From an uncultured bacterium (GTDB lineage: Bacteria; Verrucomicrobiota; Kiritimatiellia; RFP12; UBA1067), in NCBI GenBank assembly GCA_902775595.1, contig CACYNF010000002.1, positions 3,390-67,389 of the forward strand: a stretch of DNA of 64,000 nucleotides. The letters run 5' to 3'. Positions 57,280 to 64,000 of the stretch are shown here, piece after piece. Below the pieces are notes generated by a model, which saw only the letters and a list, made by a program, of their open reading frames with translations, made no database searches and was not told the origin of the DNA. Positions within the stretch are counted from its first letter, which is position 1. Every line of letters starts with the position of its first letter. Made by a program: the position numbers and the translations under genes.

Positions 57280-58986
57280 TTATTTCAAATCACCAGAGTC
57301 AGCAATGTTGCACTCGACATGCTCATACTCGATGCCGGCCAGCGTTCGCAACAGAGCCTCGAAAATGATACGTGCGCCTCGCGGCGGCACCGCCATACCG
57401 ATCTGCTTCCTTACGCTTTCCTTGCTTCCGGTAAAGAGAAACGCATCTGGAAATGTCTGAAGACGTGCGCGCTCGCGGTTCGTTAGTGCCCGAGGCTCAT
57501 GGTAATGGTAGATGTGCGTTCCGCCACCACCGGAACCTGTCACTGTATACGCGGGTTTGTCTGGATCAAGGCGCTTATAAATCTGACTAATTTTAGCGCC
57601 ACGGACGTGCAACTGCAAGTGTTCAGGAAGCTTAGCAGTGAAGGCATTTTGTCCCGGCAGAATATACTGAAGCCGCTCGACCACCCTTGGGCTTTGCGCT
57701 GTCAACTCGTTATTAGGAGAGTCTTGGGGAATCGGCGGCTCCTCAAGCGCGGCCCGAGATGAATTGTCTCTCGGCTGAAGAGCCGAAGGGCTCGGCGGGT
57801 AAAAAACATATGGCAGGTCGGCACGAATGCCGATGATGATTATCCTATGTCTGGTCTGCGGAACTCCATAGTCCTCAAATTTGTAAAGGTGAGGATAAAT
57901 TCTATAGCCTGCCTCTTTCATGCTCGCGAGAATCTTTTTGAACGCGGCTCCCTCGTTCGCGCTGGCCAAACCTCCTACATTTTCAGCCACAAACCACATG
58001 GGACGGAAACGGCGAAGGACAGCCACGCCATATTGATAAAGCGGGCCATACGAGCCGTCGATCCCCTTGTGTTCACCCACCACAGAGAAGTCATTGCAAG
58101 GGAATCCAAAGGCAAAACCATCTATCGGCGTAAGCCTTGGATCATCAAGCCTGAGCTTCCGTACATCATGGCAAACGACAGTTTCGGGATGGCTACTACA
58201 GATATTTTCTGCATAAGTGTTGCATGTATCCTGATCGTAGTCGTTCGACCACGCATGGGTAATCCTGAAATTAGGATTCTCGATCCTGGCGCTTATTGCA
58301 CCGCAAGCCAACCCTCCTGGACCGCAGAAAAACTCTCCTAATCTGAACGCAGACGCATTGAATGTCTGCGGGGAGGCATTTACGTTCTCTGGACGCGGAC
58401 GAACTGCTCCTTCTACATATTCGACGCCACCGACTGCCGGGAATGGGCGCGCTGGCATCATTGCCTGAAGAAAATCCGTCTGCACTGGGTCGAACGAATA
58501 TGCAGAATGCCATTTCTCGACAAAAGGACGGAGCTTCTCAAATATGTTTGGTATTGAGCGTCCACCGCATCCAGGCAAGGGACGATTATAAAAGTCTTTG
58601 TCTATCCGACCAGTAAATCTTGTTGAACACACAAAGACATCCGAAGTCGGATCAGAAAGAATCCTCTCGTGATTCACTTTTCGACCCAATGAGAATATAA
58701 CGTACACATCCCCATGTGTCGAATGAACGGTAGAATACCCGGTATCACGTAGCCATTTTCTATCTTTCACTCCTACAACTTTGGCGGTGTATGATATCGG
58801 CTCACCCTTGTTACCCCAGAGCACCACATGGGTAAAAAGGCTGTACTGCTCATAGTGATACCCTCTTGGAAGCGGCAGGTTGTAAAGCTTCCTGCGCTCG
58901 ATCCATTCAGCGTTTGATTCACGGAATGTCCCAACGAGAATGGTTGGGGCAAGGTCATCAACTGTAATTGTTTGTTTCATACTCAT
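57280..58986 (-). CDS. DNA (cytosine-5)-methyltransferase with about 190-aa uncharacterised N-terminal extension (568 aa)
   Basis: FFCGPGGLACG, GFPCNDFSVVG, ENV, QTRHRIIIIG, RLQTFPDAF, GMAVPP motifs. Confidence 0.85.
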   Translation of the reverse strand: MSMKQTITVDDLAPTILVGTFRESNAEWIERRKLYNLPLPRGYHYEQYSLFTHVVLWGNKGEPISYTAKVVGVKDRKWLRDTGYSTVHSTHGDVYVIFSLGRKVNHERILSDPTSDVFVCSTRFTGRIDKDFYNRPLPGCGGRSIPNIFEKLRPFVEKWHSAYSFDPVQTDFLQAMMPARPFPAVGGVEYVEGAVRPRPENVNASPQTFNASAFRLGEFFCGPGGLACGAISARIENPNFRITHAWSNDYDQDTCNTYAENICSSHPETVVCHDVRKLRLDDPRLTPIDGFAFGFPCNDFSVVGEHKGIDGSYGPLYQYGVAVLRRFRPMWFVAENVGGLASANEGAAFKKILASMKEAGYRIYPHLYKFEDYGVPQTRHRIIIIGIRADLPYVFYPPSPSALQPRDNSSRAALEEPPIPQDSPNNELTAQSPRVVERLQYILPGQNAFTAKLPEHLQLHVRGAKISQIYKRLDPDKPAYTVTGSGGGGTHIYHYHEPRALTNRERARLQTFPDAFLFTGSKESVRKQIGMAVPPRGARIIFEALLRTLAGIEYEHVECNIADSGDLK

Positions 58987-59000
58987 GATAGAAATCTCAC

Positions 59001-59231
59001 TTACGTGTCCTGTTTGGCAACCTCATCGTCATCTAAAACAACGTCCATTATGTCGCCGACATTGCATCCCATAGCAGCGCAAATGCGCAACAGGACTGAT
59101 GTTCTGACATTCTCGCCTTTCGATAACCGTGCTAATGTAGCAGTCGAGATGCCGGTTGCCTTTCGCAAGTCGGCTCTTGTCATGTCTCGGTCTATAAGCA
59201 ATTTCCAAAGTTTTTTATAGCAGAAAGCCAT
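59001..59231 (-). CDS. XRE-family HTH regulator (controller-protein-like), 76 aa
   Basis: MTRADLRKATGISTATLARLSKGENVRTSVLLRI HTH; 14 nt upstream of Dcm gene; AT-rich region upstream. Confidence 0.6.
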   Translation of the reverse strand: MAFCYKKLWKLLIDRDMTRADLRKATGISTATLARLSKGENVRTSVLLRICAAMGCNVGDIMDVVLDDDEVAKQDT

Positions 59232-59580
59232 GATTGTTCCTTTACCATTATTACAAGCATATTATACCAAATATTACGTTGAAATACAACGTGCTTTAAA
59301 TCAATGATTCATCTTTATAAATCTTTTGTTGACAATATGAAGTTGATTCGCTTCCATAGGATTGCTTTTCATTCTACTCCAAGAAGAAGCCAGTGATCAA
59401 CCTTTTCCACTCGGCGAGAATCGAAACCCCAAGCGGAGCATTACACCACTTCGCCTCCCTAACAGGGCACAGTTAGCAATGAAAATATATCAACATACCC
59501 CGTTGATATCCTGGAACATATACGGCATCATGTCACGCGACATGACAACAAAGGGACAATTCCCGGAAAGGTAGGACACA

Positions 59581-59967
59581 ATGAGGATAGAAACGGAAAC
59601 AGCGGTTCGGAGCATCGTCGGCTTCGACTCCGAAGTAACGAAGGAGATGGTCGAACGGGCCATAGACATCCTTCGCGGCAAGGCGAACGCGGACGGCGGC
59701 GAAATAACCGTCCACAACGTCAGGTTCAGCGACGCGATGGATATCCTGAAGGTCAAGCGGCGTACCCTGCGCCACTACATCTACCGTGGATACCTCGACC
59801 GCGTCTACGGCGGGGGCTGTCGCGCAATCGGCGTGACCCGCGAGAGTCTGCTGAGGTTCATGACCCACAGGACGGTCGAACACCGGGGCGGCGAGAGAAT
59901 CACCGTCACCCACGGCATGGCCAGCGAAGCCCCCGGACGTTTCTGGGCAAGGGAAATGGCGCAATGA
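59581..59967 (+). CDS. excisionase-family HTH DNA-binding protein, copy B (128 aa)
   Basis: Core about 180 nt at roughly 95-97% identity to reverse complement of 34150-34330; protein about 75% identical to copy A. Confidence 0.55.
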   Translation: MRIETETAVRSIVGFDSEVTKEMVERAIDILRGKANADGGEITVHNVRFSDAMDILKVKRRTLRHYIYRGYLDRVYGGGCRAIGVTRESLLRFMTHRTVEHRGGERITVTHGMASEAPGRFWAREMAQ

Positions 59968-59972
59968 ACAAT

Positions 59973-60329
59973 CTACTTCGCCAACTCCCGCTCAATCCAT
60001 GCCATGAGAAAGTCGACGATCCCCCGCTGTCGTTCGGCGGGGATCGGGGTGCCGCGAGCCACCTTCCACCACTTGGCGAGGCAGTCACGGCAGCAGCAGG
60101 CGCAGGCGTGCTGCGCCTTGAACACGGGATGCCCGCGCATCGGCGTCTGCTTCCCGTCGCTCGGCGGATTAGCCGGTGCGAGCCGCGTTCTGATGAACTC
60201 CTCGCAATGGGAGCGGATCGTCTCCATTCCCTTCTCTGCGATGTACTTCCGATCCGCTTCCGAAAGATGGAAGCGACTCCTGAACTTCGACTTCCCAAGC
60301 CGGGCGAATGCGGCATCGTAGTTCTTCAT
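59973..60329 (-). CDS. DUF4186-family protein (118 aa)
   Basis: GKQTPMRGHPVFKAQHACACCCRDCLAKWW conserved Cys cluster; ATGA-coupled to McrC-like gene. Confidence 0.5.
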   Translation of the reverse strand: MKNYDAAFARLGKSKFRSRFHLSEADRKYIAEKGMETIRSHCEEFIRTRLAPANPPSDGKQTPMRGHPVFKAQHACACCCRDCLAKWWKVARGTPIPAERQRGIVDFLMAWIERELAK

Positions 60330-62155
60330 TGCACACCATCGATTTTCTGCGCCTCGGCCAGCTGGCGGAAGTATGCGAGCGTACCAGAAGCGAAGTCGAG
60401 AAAAGCCTTCTTTGGGCGGAGCCCGACGCCGTTCGCCTCGGCGGACGCCTCCGCCCGCTCGCTCGGCAGCGCCACAAGCTCGCCGAAGACCTGCTCGACC
60501 GGCTCAACAGGGACGTTCGTGTCCCTGTAGGCGACTCCGGCGTTCGCCGAGAAGTACATCGCCTCGTCATCAAGCCAGAATGTGCGTCTGCGCGACCCGT
60601 CGCCAGGATAGACGAGCCACACCTGCCGCGCGACGCGCCGCCCGAAGCGTCCCTCGGTCGTGCGGATGCGGGCGTACTTGAGGACGCTCTCGCGCATCTC
60701 CTTCGTCGGACGGCGGGAATACTTGGCGTCCATAGCAAGCGCGTAGAGCGCCTGGCCTTTCGCGCCGCGCAGCTCGATGACGATGTCGGGGCTCCAGTTC
60801 CCGCCTCCGAAGTGGCACAGGCTTTCGCTCGGGAACTTCCAGGAGGCATCCTTCGGAAGAATCCACGGCTCGTAGCGGACGACGACCTCGCAGCCTTCGC
60901 AAAGCTTTGCGGCGAACGTCGTGTTCCGCGCGAAGTCGACGCCGAATGAGGCTCCCACGCTCCTGCCCAGAACCTCGTCCCAAGTCGTGACCTCAAGCCC
61001 GCACTCGGCGAACGCCGCGACGAGCTGGACGAGAACCCACTGCTCGTACATGCGGGAGTTCTTCTTCGCCCGGAAGGGAGAGCCGAATGTCCCTCCCCAG
61101 TGCGAGAGGTCGCGGAGGTAGCGGAGGACGATGTTGGCCGCTTCGAGGTAGTAGTCGTTCTCGGCGAACTGCGTCGACTCCGGCGCGAACACGGCCTCGC
61201 CCACGCCCGCCCAGAAGGCGCCTCCAAGCTCGCCGTCGAGCCAGCGCTGGATGTCCTCCGCCTCCGCGTCACGCTCCTTCAGGCGGCGGATGCGCGGCAC
61301 GTCCTCGGTCTCGTAGAGGCTGCGCTCCCCGGCGACGCTCGTCCTTGAGCGGTACTTGCCCTCGGCCTCCAGCCGCCTTACGTCGGCGGCCAGCCCGGCG
61401 CGGCAGCTGGCGAGGCGAACGCGCATCAGCCTGAGAAATGCCTTGAGGAGCCTGTGTTCCGGGATGTCTCGGGACTCGACGAGCCGCCCGACGGCGCACA
61501 GCCGGCTGTCGGCACCTTCCGCCGTCGGGTCGATACCCCGCTTCATCATCGCGGCGACGGCGCGCCGCGAACTGGCGCGTCCGGCGGGAACGGTTGTCTG
61601 TTGGACGGTCATCGCCGCTTTTGGCGAACGCTCGATCTCGGCGAGGATCGGCTTCAGGCGGCGGCACGCGCCCGAAACGGCGAGCAGCTCCTCCTCCAGC
61701 GTCCGCCACGCCCTGGCCGCCTCTCCACGCCCTGCGGAGGACTTGCCCCGCACGTCCGTGACGAGGGCCCGGCAGACGCTCTGGAGGTCGGACACCATGC
61801 CCTTGTAGTTCGCCCACCCGATCTTCGAGGGGACGACATAAAGAGAAGCCCTGAACACGGTCTCGTCCGCGCCGTCCCTCGTCTGGACGACGGAAAGCTC
61901 GGTCGCGCCCGACGCGCTCTCGAAGTATACGCCGCGCGCAAACTCCAGAGAGTTGGTGAACTCCCGAGACTCCAGCTTCAGCTCCTCGTCGCCGACGAAC
62001 ACCCTGTACTCGCCCGTGCGGTCGTACTCGTAGAGCGCAAGCGAATACCAGCGATCCTCGAATACGGGCGCGACCTCCGGCTCGCGCACGTTCCGCCACG
62101 AGCCCCACCACCTCGAATCGTCCGGGAGGTAGCAGTCTATGAGCTCAACCCTCAT
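60326..62155 (-). CDS. McrC-like PD-(D/E)XK nuclease subunit (609 aa)
   Basis: C-terminal SPDIVIELRGAKGQALYALAMDAKYS nuclease motif; directly downstream of McrB-like ATPase. Confidence 0.5.
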   Translation of the reverse strand: MRVELIDCYLPDDSRWWGSWRNVREPEVAPVFEDRWYSLALYEYDRTGEYRVFVGDEELKLESREFTNSLEFARGVYFESASGATELSVVQTRDGADETVFRASLYVVPSKIGWANYKGMVSDLQSVCRALVTDVRGKSSAGRGEAARAWRTLEEELLAVSGACRRLKPILAEIERSPKAAMTVQQTTVPAGRASSRRAVAAMMKRGIDPTAEGADSRLCAVGRLVESRDIPEHRLLKAFLRLMRVRLASCRAGLAADVRRLEAEGKYRSRTSVAGERSLYETEDVPRIRRLKERDAEAEDIQRWLDGELGGAFWAGVGEAVFAPESTQFAENDYYLEAANIVLRYLRDLSHWGGTFGSPFRAKKNSRMYEQWVLVQLVAAFAECGLEVTTWDEVLGRSVGASFGVDFARNTTFAAKLCEGCEVVVRYEPWILPKDASWKFPSESLCHFGGGNWSPDIVIELRGAKGQALYALAMDAKYSRRPTKEMRESVLKYARIRTTEGRFGRRVARQVWLVYPGDGSRRRTFWLDDEAMYFSANAGVAYRDTNVPVEPVEQVFGELVALPSERAEASAEANGVGLRPKKAFLDFASGTLAYFRQLAEAQKIDGVQ

Positions 62156-62161
62156 GGCGCG

Positions 62162-63973
62162 TCACGACTCGCTTTCGTATCCGAAGAAGTGCTCCTTCGC
62201 GCGCAGCCGCTCGATGGCCGAGCGCGAGGGGGAATAGGCGTCGTCCCTGAACGAGTCCACGATGTCCGCCACCGCGCCGAGCGCCTTCTTCTGCGCGACG
62301 CTCGTGATGGAGCGCACCTTGGAGATGACGCGCTGGGCGATCTGCTCGTCGAGGGCGATTGCCTCGGCCTTCGCGCCGAGGAGCGGCGCGGCGCTCGCGA
62401 TGTAGCGGGCCATGCCGGAGCGGACGCGCGGGCTCACGGCGACGCCGAGCGTCCGAAGCGGCTCCGCGAGCGCGGCGAGCGTCTTCTCCACGTTCGCCGA
62501 CAGCGCCGACGTCCTGCGCCAGGAGGCGAAAGTCCCGTAGGCCACGCCCGGACCCGCATCCGCCCCGCCGAGGCGCGTGTGCGCGGACGTGCGCGGCCCG
62601 TCGCCGAGGTAGACGAGGTTGGCGCGGTCGAGCAGCCTCGTCGAGAGGCGGCGAGTCGTCTCGTCGAAGTTGACGGTTCCGACGAACCTGACGGACGGCG
62701 CGAGCTTCACGCTCGAATGCTCCCTGAACACCGCGTCACCCGACACGGCGTCCTTCGAGAAGCAGGGCAGGACGCGCTTCTCCTCGGGCATCTCCATGAT
62801 CTGCATGAAGTCGCTGAAGTAGTGTTCGACCTGCGCGAGGTTCATCTCGTCGAGGCAGACGGGGTACAGGGCGGATGCACTGCCGTTCTTCGCGTAGTCC
62901 GCCTCCGCAAGCAGAAGCCGCTGGTAGAGTCCAGTCTCCGAAGGCGAGAACTCCGCCGTCACCGTGTTCACGTAGCCGAGTAGGTCGGCGCGCTCCATCC
63001 AGGACGGGCTCACGTGGACGATGTGCGTCCCCTCCCTCGGATATTCCGCCCCCGCACCCGCGAGGACGTCACCGTAGATGCGCGCAAGCGAGGACTTGCC
63101 GACGCCAGCCGGTCCTTCGAGGACGGTCAGACCCTCGCAGAGGACGCTCAGGTGGAAGCGCCGCAGGTCGTTCGCATCGTAGGAAAGCCCCGACTGGCGG
63201 GCGTAGTCTGCGAGCCTCGCGAGGAACGCCTCCTGCATCGCCGCGTTCTTGGCGGCGGGCGAGGGCGCGTAGATGTTCCTAGGCGGCTCGAACGGCTCTG
63301 GACGCGGGCCGCGCCTCCGCTCGACGGGCTCCTGGATCGCGGGGGCCGCCGGGCGCATGGATGCGACCATCTCCTTCAGAAACGGGAACATGGCCATGCA
63401 GTCCGAGGCGTTCTTCTCCGACCGCGCCTTGATCTCCTCAAGGGCGGCGTCTATGTGCTTCCTGCGCTCCTCCAGCGCAGCCGTGTCCTTCGCCTTGCGC
63501 TCCTCCCACGCCCGCCGTTCGTCGGCGAGTTCCCTGTTCGCCTTTTCGCGCATCTTGTCGAGCTGCGCCTTGACCCGCTGCTCGTCCTGTTTCTGCTGCT
63601 CCTTGCGGCGCTCGCGCTCGCGCTTGATCTGCTCGGCGAGGTCGGCGTTCTTTTTGTCGAGGTCTTCGCGCTCCTGCTTGAGGTCTTTGATGTCCTCCTC
63701 GATGGCCTCCTTGGAACCGGCGATCCAGTCCGCGATGGCGGCGTTCTTGGCCTTTGTGTAGCGGGCCTCGTCCATGAGGTCGCAGTTCAGCATCGCCGCG
63801 CCAAGTTCCTTGAACGCCAGCTCGGACTCCTCGTCGAGCTTCCGGACGCCGCTGGTGGCGGCCTTCAGCTCCTCGGCGAATCCCGACGCCTCGGAAGACT
63901 CCTCCAGCCGCTTCACCAGATCCTTCAGCTGCTGGCGCTCGTTCCTGCTGAACGACTTGACCGCTGCCATCAT
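62162..63973 (-). CDS. McrB-like AAA+ (AAA_5) GTPase/ATPase with about 250-aa coiled-coil N-terminal region (603 aa)
   Basis: Walker A LEGPAGVGKSSLARI; VCLDEMNLAQVEHYF (McrB DEINRAN-like); E/K/R-rich heptad N-terminus. Confidence 0.6.
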   Translation of the reverse strand: MMAAVKSFSRNERQQLKDLVKRLEESSEASGFAEELKAATSGVRKLDEESELAFKELGAAMLNCDLMDEARYTKAKNAAIADWIAGSKEAIEEDIKDLKQEREDLDKKNADLAEQIKRERERRKEQQKQDEQRVKAQLDKMREKANRELADERRAWEERKAKDTAALEERRKHIDAALEEIKARSEKNASDCMAMFPFLKEMVASMRPAAPAIQEPVERRRGPRPEPFEPPRNIYAPSPAAKNAAMQEAFLARLADYARQSGLSYDANDLRRFHLSVLCEGLTVLEGPAGVGKSSLARIYGDVLAGAGAEYPREGTHIVHVSPSWMERADLLGYVNTVTAEFSPSETGLYQRLLLAEADYAKNGSASALYPVCLDEMNLAQVEHYFSDFMQIMEMPEEKRVLPCFSKDAVSGDAVFREHSSVKLAPSVRFVGTVNFDETTRRLSTRLLDRANLVYLGDGPRTSAHTRLGGADAGPGVAYGTFASWRRTSALSANVEKTLAALAEPLRTLGVAVSPRVRSGMARYIASAAPLLGAKAEAIALDEQIAQRVISKVRSITSVAQKKALGAVADIVDSFRDDAYSPSRSAIERLRAKEHFFGYESES

Positions 63974-64000
63974 ACGGGAGAACTTCGCGGACAGCGGCTC

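Larger units (their letters stand above)
48410..59580. mobile_element. low-GC genomic island carrying a multi-gene restriction-modification/abortive-infection operon
   Basis: GC drops from about 65% to about 45% between AT-rich boundaries 48410-48480 and 59232-59580; all six genes translationally coupled; no integrase seen. Confidence 0.6.

Overview
The window is high-GC (about 65%), with nearly all genes on the minus strand. Gene coordinates below follow the supplied ORF track; my by-eye base counts drifted by about 1 nt from it in places, so starts and stops are good to about 1 nt.

**Layout**
- **1-37400:** most of a siphovirus-like temperate phage or prophage. From high to low coordinate it runs ECF-type sigma factor and small genes; a recombination/replication module (PD-(D/E)XK nuclease, excisionase-like HTH protein, Sak4 ATPase, DUF669, RusA, SF2 helicase, primase-polymerase/helicase); an iteron-rich dyad region I read as the origin; an anti-restriction block (HNH endonuclease, three methyltransferases, a MetK-like SAM synthetase); then lambda-type packaging (GpA large terminase, a cytosine methyltransferase, gpW-like protein, portal), a protease-capsid fusion, neck, major tail, chaperone, tape measure and distal tail/fibre genes, including a Listeria-Bacteroides-repeat adhesin. 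No integrase, lysis genes or tRNA were seen.
- **37540-48409:** cargo or host-like cell-surface genes. These are a lipoprotein, a 964-aa membrane protein, a divergent two-component system, a BspA-type leucine-rich-repeat protein and a signal-peptide-bearing protein whose mature N-terminus is about 76% identical to eukaryotic ubiquitin.
- **48410-59580:** a low-GC (about 45%) island. It carries one tightly coupled operon: XRE controller-like regulator, Dcm methyltransferase with an N-terminal extension, a PD-(D/E)XK nuclease candidate, a GHKL ATPase, a Z1226-like ATPase, a 310-aa protein and an AIPR-family protein. This is a composite restriction-modification/abortive-infection system whose mechanism, to my knowledge, is not characterised.
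- **59581-64000:** high-GC again. A near-identical inverted paralogue of the phage excisionase-like HTH gene is followed by an operon of McrB-like, McrC-like and DUF4186 genes.

**Other points**
- ATGA/GTGA start-stop overlaps are pervasive.
- A roughly 60-bp intergenic element occurs twice.
- The tail-assembly chaperone may be read through by a -1 frameshift.
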